Below are positions 17,390 through 26,370 of a DNA stretch of 60,442 bases, piece after piece. Every line of letters begins with the position of its first letter. The stretch's first letter is position 1. This stretch comes from a virus (Duplodnaviria; Caudoviricetes): positions 1 through 60,442 of IMG/VR virus record IMGVR_UViG_3300021376_002324; one strand, given 5' to 3'. Position numbers and translations under genes: made by a program. Under the pieces are notes generated by a model. It made no database searches, was not told the origin of the DNA, and worked only from the letters and a program-made list of their open reading frames with translations.

Positions 17390-18715
17390 CTATGCTAATT
17401 CTTTGATTTTAGGATTTGATCCTGCATTGTATGATGCGACAACCTTACCAACTAAATCCCCCGTTCCCCATGTTTTTAGGGACTCACACTTAGCAATTTT
17501 GTCTGCTCCGATATCGTTTTTTAAACCATCAACAATACAATTATATCTACCGTTTTTAAGTGTTTTAATTGTTGCAATCATACCGTCAGCTAATGTTTGA
17601 TAGTTTTTTACACCGACACTATTAAAGTTAGTAGAACCCGGTAAATCCCAAGTGGTGTTGAATGGATTAAATTTACCCGCTTTACCTTCAGATTGTCTCC
17701 AAGCATATAAAAACTTTAGATTTTCCTCTGAAACAGGTGCACCCAAGTTTTCTAATAGTTTTGCATAAAAGTTTTGATCGGCCAAACCTTCTAAGTTTAC
17801 CTTGTCAACCAGTTTTCCTAAATCTTCAGAAGTGACCCCTTTATCTTTTAATAACTCAATCAATTTATTTAACATTTCAGGACTTGCACTTACAATTGAT
17901 TCGGTGTCTGAAGTAAAGTTGTCACTTACTTGTGAACCTATATATGGCATCGGGTCAACAACCTTTCCATCTTTATAGACTTCAAAGTGTAGATGAGCAC
18001 CATCTGACCTACCTCTACCAATATCACCAGCAGCTCCTCCAGTTAAACCTATGACTTGTCCCTTTTTGACTATTTCACCTTTAGAAACATTGATTTGTTT
18101 GCAATGACAATATCTTGTTTTTATATTGTCAGCATGTTTTAAATAGATTGTTCCACCACAAGCATCGTCTCTAATTTCTGCATCGATAACTTCACCATCT
18201 AATGGTGATTTAATTTGTGTACCTGATGATGCACTCAAGTCTGCACCTGCGTGCATTCTACCCCATCTTGGTCCAAATGGTGAGTTTAATTTTGTGTCTC
18301 CAATTGGTGAATCTAATGTTGCCTCACTCAGTGATTCCTTGTTTCCAAGTTTTTCTTCAGTAAACTTTTTTACTGCATTAGCGGTTTCTGGTCCAAACAA
18401 ACCATCTACACCGTATTTTGGTAATTGATACCCCAAAAGCATTAAACCGATTTGCATCGATTCAACACCTTTTTGAAATGACATTGATCCTTTTTGTTGT
18501 TGTGAAAGTCCACCAGATTGTGCCGCATCTTCAAGAGTTTTGAAAAAATCATTTACGTCATCGGAAACCAAATCAGCTTTCTTTGGTTCGTCGACCTTAT
18601 CTTTCAATCCAACCCCTTTTAAGATTCTATCTAAAAATCCTTGTTCTTCTATAACCTTCTTACCATAAGTTATAGTATGTATTCTTTCTAATTCTTCGGT
18701 GAGACTTCTTTTCAT
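17390..18715 (-). CDS. Modular cell-wall hydrolase: PG-binding domain + M23 peptidase + lysozyme-like C-terminal domain
   Basis: GVDGLFGPETANAVKKF (PG_binding_1); HAGAD and HLHFEV (M23); AWRQSEG...NPFNTT. Confidence 0.8.
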   Translation of the reverse strand: MKRSLTEELERIHTITYGKKVIEEQGFLDRILKGVGLKDKVDEPKKADLVSDDVNDFFKTLEDAAQSGGLSQQQKGSMSFQKGVESMQIGLMLLGYQLPKYGVDGLFGPETANAVKKFTEEKLGNKESLSEATLDSPIGDTKLNSPFGPRWGRMHAGADLSASSGTQIKSPLDGEVIDAEIRDDACGGTIYLKHADNIKTRYCHCKQINVSKGEIVKKGQVIGLTGGAAGDIGRGRSDGAHLHFEVYKDGKVVDPMPYIGSQVSDNFTSDTESIVSASPEMLNKLIELLKDKGVTSEDLGKLVDKVNLEGLADQNFYAKLLENLGAPVSEENLKFLYAWRQSEGKAGKFNPFNTTWDLPGSTNFNSVGVKNYQTLADGMIATIKTLKNGRYNCIVDGLKNDIGADKIAKCESLKTWGTGDLVGKVVASYNAGSNPKIKELA

Positions 18716-18730
18716 ACTTAAATAAATATC

Positions 18731-19132
18731 TCATATCTCAACTTTAATCCATTTCTGTGTTGAGTCTAATTTAAAAGAACCTATATAGTTTTGTTTCCAT
18801 TGAGATGGGTGGATTAAGGATAAAAATGTTGTGTCATTTTCCCTCATATAAAGATGATAAATCTCATTCATCACAGGAATAAAAGAATAATTCGATGTAT
18901 AAACGAGGCCATTCCAATTAACCTCATCAACAAGTTTACGAAACTCTTCCTTAAGTTCTTCATATTTTGTTTTAAACTGTTTGTTTGCGACGTTTGCTTG
19001 CATTTGTTTCCATCCACCAACGTCTTCAATCTTTATTGCTGGTGCCCCAACATTACTACCATAAGTTAATTCTTTGGAATAATAACCTCTTTCTTCATCC
19101 CAAGCAACTAAATCAGGTTTCTTTTTAGTCAT
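18731..19132 (-). CDS. DUF2452-like protein
   Basis: YGSNVGAPAI, YSFIPVMNEIYHLY, FLSLIHP resemble a Bacteroidota-associated family. Confidence 0.55.
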   Translation of the reverse strand: MTKKKPDLVAWDEERGYYSKELTYGSNVGAPAIKIEDVGGWKQMQANVANKQFKTKYEELKEEFRKLVDEVNWNGLVYTSNYSFIPVMNEIYHLYMRENDTTFLSLIHPSQWKQNYIGSFKLDSTQKWIKVEI

Positions 19133-19296
19133 CACATAATTTGATTTTTATCATCTTCATTCTCACCCCAATTTAAAAAATCTTCACCCTTATAATCAGG
19201 ATGATTTTTATGCATATAATCAATACCAATAACCCATCTCCAAGAGATGAATGCAACCACAATAAACATAATTATAAAAACCGGTAAGTATTCCAT
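19132..19296 (-). CDS. Small membrane protein (54 aa)
   Basis: Manual translation MEYLPVFIIMFIVVAFISWRWVIGIDYMHKNHPDYKGEDFL...; coupled to the downstream gene. Confidence 0.55.
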   Translation of the reverse strand: MEYLPVFIIMFIVVAFISWRWVIGIDYMHKNHPDYKGEDFLNWGENEDDKNQIM

Positions 19297-19302
19297 GTTA
19301 TT

Positions 19303-19896
19303 TTATATTAAGAATTTTAATATCTTTTCTTTGATTCCTGTTTGTTTGATGCCTTCAGTACTTTTTGGTGTTTCAACGAAGTTATCCAATCCCCATTCGT
19401 GTTCATGAAGTACACCATAGTGAAGACAGGTTTTTCCCATTTTTAAATCATCGATGGATACCCAATGAGTCACCTTAGGATGGTCAACAAGATATTGTTT
19501 TATTTCTATACTTCTTGTTTGTTCTGTTTCCCATTCACGCGACCAAACATATCCCGCAGGATACGCATCAATATACCAAGTACATTGTCCTAAGTTTGGT
19601 GTGAAGTCTATCGGTTTCTTTTTGATACCTTGTGACTCATAATATTCACCCATCTCCTCAACGTCGGCCCATCTTTTCCAATCAGAAGAGATAACAATTT
19701 CAGCACCAGTTTCTTCCAATATTTCATTTAAAACCCTAATCGCCTTTTTATTAAAATTATCAAAACGAGACATAACGGGTAATGATGATATTGATTGGGA
19801 TAATTTCCTGCCGGCCCTTATATGTTTTTTATGTCGACCACCCCATTCAGTAGATAAACAGATTACACCATCGTGGTCAAGAAATATTACTTTCAT
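19303..19896 (-). CDS. HAD domain protein (Swiss Army Knife RNA-repair type)
   Basis: KVIFLDHDGV, IVISSDW, WVSIDD. Confidence 0.75.
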   Translation of the reverse strand: MKVIFLDHDGVICLSTEWGGRHKKHIRAGRKLSQSISSLPVMSRFDNFNKKAIRVLNEILEETGAEIVISSDWKRWADVEEMGEYYESQGIKKKPIDFTPNLGQCTWYIDAYPAGYVWSREWETEQTRSIEIKQYLVDHPKVTHWVSIDDLKMGKTCLHYGVLHEHEWGLDNFVETPKSTEGIKQTGIKEKILKFLI

Positions 19897-20209
19897 TATT
19901 AATTCTTTTAACAACTAATCTAAATGTATTTAAAATTCCAAACAACATAAAAATTTGAACCGGCCAAAATGGAAAATTTTGTATTTCGTGTAACATCCAA
20001 AAGATATTCATAAAAACCCATGAAGCCAATGTAATATTTCCATCTATGTTATTTTTTTCTGTGAAAAGAATGTATATGGTTATTATCGAAGTAGGGAACA
20101 CCATAAAAGTCGCCATCCAAGTAAACTTCAGACACCAAAATATATCTTTAAACAACCACGAAGTTATATGTATTTCTTGTATATTCCAAAATTTTTTAAG
20201 ATTTTTCAT
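19877..20209 (-). CDS. Membrane protein
   Basis: Multiple Trp/Phe-rich hydrophobic helices. Confidence 0.55.
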   Translation of the reverse strand: MKNLKKFWNIQEIHITSWLFKDIFWCLKFTWMATFMVFPTSIITIYILFTEKNNIDGNITLASWVFMNIFWMLHEIQNFPFWPVQIFMLFGILNTFRLVVKRINNESNIS

Positions 20210-20621
20210 TAATATAATCAATTTGTTGACTCCAAAACCCTTCAGATGTTACTTTCGGAAAATCATTTCTGTCAATCATAATCCATTCATACCTTACGAT
20301 ACCCCATGATTCAAATTGTTCTAATACATCTTCTAAAGTGAAACACTTGCACGAATAGATATCGAATTGAGCCATGGCCGGTTCATAATGATCCCATATG
20401 TGAATCGACGCATGTGACGTCGCTAAAGTTACTGTTCCTGTTAAACCTTCGTTACCAGGATAATTGACATAAACACTAGTTGGTCCGGCAACCACCTCCA
20501 TTCCAACTTTATGAACTAAATCTGTAAACCAATTATTAAGAATCAATACATCAAATGGTGGGTTTTTAATCCAAACTTTCATCAATAAATGTTGATGATA
20601 GGGTTGAAATACTTCTTGCAT
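20196..20621 (-). CDS. S-adenosylmethionine decarboxylase-like proenzyme (SpeD/SpeH family)
   Basis: GLTGTVTLATSHASIHIW and FDIYSC; the canonical ES cleavage site is TS here. Confidence 0.75.
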   Translation of the reverse strand: MQEVFQPYHQHLLMKVWIKNPPFDVLILNNWFTDLVHKVGMEVVAGPTSVYVNYPGNEGLTGTVTLATSHASIHIWDHYEPAMAQFDIYSCKCFTLEDVLEQFESWGIVRYEWIMIDRNDFPKVTSEGFWSQQIDYINEKS

Positions 20622-20667
20622 CTATTACGATTTTACATTACATATATATCAGTAAAATTGTAATATT

Positions 20668-21354
20668 CTAAGATTCAACATTGAACTCTTTAAAATTTTT
20701 TATGAATCCTTTTTCGTATTTTTTCAATTCCTTTGTATCAAGTCCATTATATAATCCAGTAGACATAAATGCTTGAATTTCATCGTCAATAATTTTTTTA
20801 TCATCAATATAACCCATCTTAATAATTCTATTAGCTAATTTCTCATAATGATTTGGTTTTATCTCAGATATTAATTCAATACAATTTTGTTTATATTCTT
20901 TACTAGTATAATATAATCCATGTGCAATTTCATGATTCATCGTACTTGATTTAAAACTATCCGCACCAATCAAATACCATTTTGTTCTTGGTTTCTCAAA
21001 TTTAAGAGGATAGTTCTCACAATGATACCAAATATCTTTCATGATTTCATCATAAGGTCCTTTATCTTTACTAAAAACATCCAACCCCTTATCTATGATA
21101 TTTGACGGAATATTAAAACCACTCCAATCTTCGGGATACGTAAATAATTTTTTCTTCCATTTATTTTTATAAATGGACATGTATTTTTCCCAAGTGAAAA
21201 ACTTACCTCGTATTTCGGCAAATGGTGATTCGTAGAATTCTTGATATCTACAAAACAACATTGTTCTTTGATAATGATCTTTTATTGATACCGCAAATAT
21301 TTTAGATTTTATTTCTTTAACTTCACCTATAACATATTCATTTTTTATTTTCAT
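20668..21354 (-). CDS. Hypothetical protein with HExxH motif
   Basis: MNHEIAHGLY and downstream DEIQA. Confidence 0.5.
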   Translation of the reverse strand: MKIKNEYVIGEVKEIKSKIFAVSIKDHYQRTMLFCRYQEFYESPFAEIRGKFFTWEKYMSIYKNKWKKKLFTYPEDWSGFNIPSNIIDKGLDVFSKDKGPYDEIMKDIWYHCENYPLKFEKPRTKWYLIGADSFKSSTMNHEIAHGLYYTSKEYKQNCIELISEIKPNHYEKLANRIIKMGYIDDKKIIDDEIQAFMSTGLYNGLDTKELKKYEKGFIKNFKEFNVES

Positions 21355-21566
21355 TTCTTTTTATTTTTATAAAACCAATAAAGGTGTATTATTAAAACAG
21401 AAAAGTTAACCCCCATCAATGGTAAATCATTTTTTATAATACCATATATTAACCATAAAGTTGTTCCAATTGTGTTTATGAATCTTAGTAAAAACATATC
21501 TTTCTTTATGGTGAAAGATATCAATATAGCTATAGTTGCTAACCAACCGACTAAGTTTATAATCAT
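21351..21566 (-). CDS. Small three-TM protein (PQ-loop/YgjV-like)
   Basis: GWLATIAILISF, LRFINTIG, LWLIYG, PLMGVN. Confidence 0.55.
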   Translation of the reverse strand: MIINLVGWLATIAILISFTIKKDMFLLRFINTIGTTLWLIYGIIKNDLPLMGVNFSVLIIHLYWFYKNKKK

Positions 21567-22180
21567 TACATACAACTTTTTAATACTTCAAAACAAAGTT
21601 CATCTGGTATCTTACTTCTTTCATAGGCATTACTTCTACCTTGTGTTCCTGTTCTACTTCCTCTTGGTGCCGCAACATGACAAGGGTCACCATTCTTACA
21701 CATTGGTCTCGGTTCCCAAAGAATACTATTGGTCCATATATCTGTTGGTTTCATTCTTTCATCACCATATTGACAATATGTAACAGTCTTTCTTGGTAAT
21801 CCTTTCACAACCGGTAATTTACGAAGAATTCCTCTCGGGTTTTCCATAAACCAAAATGTCGGTTGGAAGTATTGAATAATTTCAATTGTCTTTTTTACCA
21901 ACTCTAAACCAAGTCTCGCACCATCAGTCTTAGGAATGTATGCACCTTTACCGCCAGTCCAATGGTGTCCAATTGAAGCAACACTAAAACTTGTACATGG
22001 TGGAGAAGCCCAAATTATATCGGGTTTAAATGGTACTTTAGTGATATCAAACTCCAAGATGTTAACAACATAATCAATACCTTCAAAATCATTAATGTCC
22101 GATGAGTAAATGTTCATTCCGAGCTTCTCGGCTTGTTTACCAATTGATCTACTACCAGCAAATAATTCTAATACATTCAC
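21566..22180 (-). CDS. C5 cytosine DNA methyltransferase (short form)
   Basis: LELFAG (motif I), WASPPC (IV), ENP (VI). Confidence 0.8.
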   Translation of the reverse strand: MNVLELFAGSRSIGKQAEKLGMNIYSSDINDFEGIDYVVNILEFDITKVPFKPDIIWASPPCTSFSVASIGHHWTGGKGAYIPKTDGARLGLELVKKTIEIIQYFQPTFWFMENPRGILRKLPVVKGLPRKTVTYCQYGDERMKPTDIWTNSILWEPRPMCKNGDPCHVAAPRGSRTGTQGRSNAYERSKIPDELCFEVLKSCM

Positions 22181-22515
22181 TATCTTATTATATTTCTAAT
22201 TATTATTGTTAAAGATATTATTATCCATATGGTATTGAAAACTATTAAAGTTGGTAATGATTTTTTCATACTAGCCCAAATCAATAAAGATGAAGTAGTC
22301 AAAGTAAAAAAATGTAAATACCAAATTTCAATACCGAATATTAAACCGGGTATAATAATAATTGCCTTAGCCATCCAAGCAGAAAATTCAATTATATTAT
22401 AATCGGTCCAATATATTTTATTAGTAAACATCATAATTCTATCCCATATTTTATTTATACCTATTACATAAAACAGGAGGAATAAAAATGAGACATATAT
22501 TAGTATGTAAATCAC
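22180..22515 (-). CDS. Membrane protein
   Basis: Several hydrophobic helices. Confidence 0.55.
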   Translation of the reverse strand: MIYILIYVSFLFLLFYVIGINKIWDRIMMFTNKIYWTDYNIIEFSAWMAKAIIIIPGLIFGIEIWYLHFFTLTTSSLLIWASMKKSLPTLIVFNTIWIIISLTIIIRNIIR

Positions 22516-22551
22516 ATATAAATTATAGAAAAAAAAAACGAAAATAAAAAA

Positions 22552-23244
22552 TCAAAAAATAGTTTTGTTGGTTTTAGTTTTTCTGTATTGATTCAGTGTC
22601 CCAACATTATGTATATTATTAAAAAAATCATTCCTGACCCTCCTTACCTCTAAATTTAATTTATTACAAATTGCATACATAATCAAACCTTCTAAGGATC
22701 CTTTACATCCATTATTGGGTTGATGGTTTATTGTCTTATCATTTAGGTTATCCCAACACTCAATAAACTCTTTTCTTCTCTCTACATCGTCAATTCTTAA
22801 TAATAAAATGAATTCATTAATAAATTCAAGACTATTATCATCTATTAATTTACCATATTCGGTTTGATTTATTTCATCTATTGTGATTTCTTTACCCATA
22901 TAATTAGTTTTGTTCTCTTTCCAACGAACTTCCATACCCTCATCTATAGATTCAATGTATTCAAAATCAATACGTTTGTTAATCAAAACATCGGTATCCA
23001 TAAAGACAACAATATTATAATACTCAAACGCGAACTCAATTGATTTTCTTTTGAGGTTGTAGTTAAAGGGTTCTTTTATTTCTTTAATGTGAACTTGTTT
23101 GTTATCTATAAGGTTTGAGTTATCGGTAATAACAAAAATGTCTAAGTGATTATTTAAATCAAATAGACATTTTACAGTTTCGTTAAATTCTAATATGTGT
23201 TCTTCACCAAAAGCCAAAAAGGTTATTCCGTATTTTTTTATCAT
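22552..23244 (-). CDS. GT-A-like glycosyltransferase
   Basis: FVITD, FNYNLKR, VFMDTD (DxD). Confidence 0.5.
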   Translation of the reverse strand: MIKKYGITFLAFGEEHILEFNETVKCLFDLNNHLDIFVITDNSNLIDNKQVHIKEIKEPFNYNLKRKSIEFAFEYYNIVVFMDTDVLINKRIDFEYIESIDEGMEVRWKENKTNYMGKEITIDEINQTEYGKLIDDNSLEFINEFILLLRIDDVERRKEFIECWDNLNDKTINHQPNNGCKGSLEGLIMYAICNKLNLEVRRVRNDFFNNIHNVGTLNQYRKTKTNKTIF

Positions 23245-23570
23245 AGAGAAAAGGATTCACCACATCCACATGTTCTTGATGCGTTTGGATTTACCCATTG
23301 AAAACCTTTTCCATTTAATCCACTTGAATATTGTAATTCAGTACCAAACAAATATAAAACAGACTTTTTATCAATTACAACCTTTAAATTTTCTAAATCA
23401 ACCACCTCATCGTTTTCTGTAATAGTATCATCAAAATCCATAATATAAGATAAACCACTACATCCACCCCCCTTTACACCCACTCTTAAATTAAACTTAT
23501 CCAATGGTAAGTTCTCTTCTTTCATTATATCAAATATGTGTTGCTTCGCTGTCTCACTTATGGTAATCAT
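23241..23570 (-). CDS. iscA: A-type Fe-S cluster carrier (IscA/SufA/HesB)
   Basis: GGGCSGLSY and NPNASRTCGCGESF. Confidence 0.93.
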   Translation of the reverse strand: MITISETAKQHIFDIMKEENLPLDKFNLRVGVKGGGCSGLSYIMDFDDTITENDEVVDLENLKVVIDKKSVLYLFGTELQYSSGLNGKGFQWVNPNASRTCGCGESFSL

Positions 23571-23752
23571 TGTAACCCTGTTTTCTTTAAAAGAGAATCC
23601 AAACTCTTCTTATCGGTTTTTATTTCAACCTCTTTATTTACTTCTTTTCTCAATCTTGCCAATTCTTTTTGTTGAAAATAACATATGAGTAATAATACAA
23701 TTGCCGCACCCATTGTTATATTTTTCTGATTTTTTTTAAAAAACTCTATCAT
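23567..23752 (-). CDS. Small membrane protein
   Basis: Single TM; TATTTAT at 23757-23763. Confidence 0.5.
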   Translation of the reverse strand: MIEFFKKNQKNITMGAAIVLLLICYFQQKELARLRKEVNKEVEIKTDKKSLDSLLKKTGLQ

Positions 23753-23765
23753 AATAATAAATATA

Positions 23766-24011
23766 TTAATCTAACAATTCGTCGGTATTTATGTTGTGGT
23801 CATTTAATATTTCATAAATCTTATCAAACACCATTTCAAGCACTTCATACTTGTCCAACTCTTTTGCTTCAATTGACCATTCCAAACCTTTTTTTGTGTT
23901 GTGGGTTAAATCCCACAAAGCCGAAGCCATGTCCAAAGACTTGATTGCCCTGAAATGTGACTTTCTATCGTCAGGATCATTTAAATCAAACGTTAACTTC
24001 GCTTCCGCCAT
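23766..24011 (-). CDS. Hypothetical protein
   Basis: 81-aa ORF. Confidence 0.55.
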   Translation of the reverse strand: MAEAKLTFDLNDPDDRKSHFRAIKSLDMASALWDLTHNTKKGLEWSIEAKELDKYEVLEMVFDKIYEILNDHNINTDELLD

Positions 24012-24145
24012 AAGTCACTTAGTTTTTTAGTTGGTCTTTTAGTTATTAGTCTTCCATCTTCTGTTTCTTCCATTAATGGTGCCCTCCAAATTTCATATGC
24101 CATCCACAATGTTGTGGTAATTGCTATTAGAATTATTAATTTCAT
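23993..24145 (-). CDS. Small membrane protein (50 aa)
   Basis: Manual translation MKLIILIAITTTLWMAYEIWRAPLMEETEDGRL...; fills the operon gap. Confidence 0.5.
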   Translation of the reverse strand: MKLIILIAITTTLWMAYEIWRAPLMEETEDGRLITKRPTKKLSDLWRKRS

Positions 24146-24155
24146 AGTAATTGTT

Positions 24156-24500
24156 TTATTGTAATGAAAAATATTTTGTTTTCCAAAACTGCCACCATTT
24201 TCTTTTCACAATTGGTTTACATTCAGAAAACGGGTTGTTACCGAAAGAAACTTTATTTAAATATTTCGCCGTCAATACGTTTAGAAATATTTCATGATAT
24301 TTTGATGCAATGTCATCAAAATCTGCGGTTATTTTGACATTAAGCACCTGTGGACCATCATCAGTTTGAACAAGAAATTGTTCATTCAATGTGATTATAG
24401 TACTTGCTTTGATGTTTACGTATTGCGAACCAAAACCCAATTCTCCGGTTATGTGTTCTTTGTATTGTTCATCTAATATGTTTTTTTTATTCTGTTTCAT
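24156..24500 (-). CDS. Hypothetical protein
   Basis: 114-aa ORF with a KRKWWQFWK amphipathic motif near the C-terminus. Confidence 0.55.
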   Translation of the reverse strand: MKQNKKNILDEQYKEHITGELGFGSQYVNIKASTIITLNEQFLVQTDDGPQVLNVKITADFDDIASKYHEIFLNVLTAKYLNKVSFGNNPFSECKPIVKRKWWQFWKTKYFSLQ

Positions 24501-24789
24501 CTGAAATTATTGTTCCATATTGCTCAGCCGCTTTGGGATTTCTTTTTAAAAAAATATTATAAGCAACTTCGTATCTATTTAATTCAATTTCCATAATAAA
24601 CATTTCATTTTTTAAACTATCTATTGTTTGAATTAATTCTGCTTTCTGAATATCACCACCTTCTACAAAACCCTTGTCAGTTTGACATTTTAATAGTTCG
24701 TCTTTTTGATTTATATATTTAATAACTAAACACAAAAATGCTAATAAAGATATTACCAAGTAAAGTCTTATTTGAGTTAAAATTTTCAT
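24487..24789 (-). CDS. TM plus coiled-coil protein
   Basis: N-terminal TM followed by a heptad-like region. Confidence 0.55.
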   Translation of the reverse strand: MKILTQIRLYLVISLLAFLCLVIKYINQKDELLKCQTDKGFVEGGDIQKAELIQTIDSLKNEMFIMEIELNRYEVAYNIFLKRNPKAAEQYGTIISDETE

Positions 24790-25094
24790 AGGTTTTGGAT
24801 TTGAATTAATAAGTCAGTAACGTCTTCTTCTGTAAGATACCCTTTTACGTCTCCACCGGCTACAGGGTTGTCATAATGTATCTCATTTTCAAATAATACT
24901 GCAAGTTCATATAGTCCTTCGGCACCACCATATGAAGAATTATGACTAACAACAGAAGCACCCCACCCATTTTCAAAATTAATACGGGTTTTTTTGCCAC
25001 TAATAACTTCATTTTTAATTTCTTCAAACTCTAAGTCTTTGAATGTTTTCATTTTAATTTTTTTTACAAGCGCAGGGATTAAATAAAAGTTCAT
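24786..25094 (-). CDS. Conserved-looking phage hypothetical protein
   Basis: FENGWGASVV...SYGG..GLYELAV...DVKGYLT. Confidence 0.6.
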   Translation of the reverse strand: MNFYLIPALVKKIKMKTFKDLEFEEIKNEVISGKKTRINFENGWGASVVSHNSSYGGAEGLYELAVLFENEIHYDNPVAGGDVKGYLTEEDVTDLLIQIQNL

Positions 25095-25096
25095 TT

Positions 25097-25261
25097 TTAA
25101 ACAATTTCTTCGGCGATGCCTAAGGCCTCGGCGATAATTAATAATCCACCAGCGGACATTAAATCACCTAAACATAAGGTAATTCCCGCCCCAATTCTAA
25201 AACCAGACTTAACAAGACTGATATAGAAATGTGTATTTGAATTTGATTCTTTTGGTTGCAT
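25097..25261 (-). CDS. Small membrane protein (54 aa)
   Basis: Manual translation MQPKESNSNTHFYISLVKSGFRIGAG...IAEALGIAEEIV. Confidence 0.6.
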   Translation of the reverse strand: MQPKESNSNTHFYISLVKSGFRIGAGITLCLGDLMSAGGLLIIAEALGIAEEIV

Positions 25262-25291
25262 CAAGCTAATATATAAAAATTATTTTATTTT

Positions 25292-26269
25292 TCAAAATCT
25301 TCTTTCTTTTATTGGTTTCGTATACTCAAAAAATCTACTGGTCAAAGGGATTGACCACCCATTACCAATCATTTTGATTCTGGCGGTGTCCGAAACACCC
25401 TCTACGTTGGTATAACCCTCAGGTAAACCCATTAAAATTTCCGCCTGAGTGATTGTTAATGGTTTTATTATTCCCGATTTATCTTGATAAAAAGATGTTC
25501 CATAGTATTTTCCATCTTCACTTATAGATCCCATTTTAGTTGTCAAACAGTTTGCTTTAAAATCTTTTCTTACTGTTTTAGGATATGAATAAAAATTATT
25601 GTTTTTTAATTTACGTCCTCTGAATCCAACACCAGTTACCGCATCTTTTATTACATCTGAAAGAACAATACCTAAATCATTTGGAAACGACATGTTATCT
25701 GCAAAGTCAGACCAAAAATAACGGTACCTGTTTTGTGCGGAAACTGAAGACGCGTTTATTTTAATTGTTGGTACATTTAAAATATTTGTTATTACACTCT
25801 CCCATTTTTTTGTCATTTTAACGTTTTCTAAAAGAAATTTACACACGTTTATCCCCTCTTCAATCTGTAATTCCCTAATACCGAATAGCATTCTACAATA
25901 TTCATAAAATAAAAATGATTGACCCATAAAATCAAATCCATCTTCTTTAAGTTTCATATATTGTTCTACGGTGTAAATTTCTATGTTTCCTTGTTTGGTT
26001 ATCATACCCTTTCTTTTTCCTGCAAAAGATAAATCGGTACAAGGTGAACCACCACAGAAATGAGTAACATCTTTGAAATCCTTTGGATTTAAATTTCTAA
26101 TGTCACCAACAAAAATTGCATCGGGATAATGTTTTTTTAAGACTTTGATAGCGTCTTTGTTGATTTCAGATATGTAACGTTTTTTGACCTTTACCCTTGC
26201 ATACTCCGCTGACAACTCTGCTCCGCCAAATCCAGCAAATGCATCAAATAATACAATTCCATTTTTCAT
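25292..26269 (-). CDS. C5 cytosine DNA methyltransferase
   Basis: FAGFGG (I), GGSPC (IV), ENV (VI), QNRYR (VIII), GNGW (X). Confidence 0.92.
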   Translation of the reverse strand: MKNGIVLFDAFAGFGGAELSAEYARVKVKKRYISEINKDAIKVLKKHYPDAIFVGDIRNLNPKDFKDVTHFCGGSPCTDLSFAGKRKGMITKQGNIEIYTVEQYMKLKEDGFDFMGQSFLFYEYCRMLFGIRELQIEEGINVCKFLLENVKMTKKWESVITNILNVPTIKINASSVSAQNRYRYFWSDFADNMSFPNDLGIVLSDVIKDAVTGVGFRGRKLKNNNFYSYPKTVRKDFKANCLTTKMGSISEDGKYYGTSFYQDKSGIIKPLTITQAEILMGLPEGYTNVEGVSDTARIKMIGNGWSIPLTSRFFEYTKPIKERRF

Positions 26270-26370
26270 ATTAGTAAGTTTAAATTTGTTTAAAAAAAAT
26301 CTAACAAAATTTTTTTCAAAAAAAAAATTAGGTAGAAAAAAATTGTAACTTACTTATAACTAATTGAATA

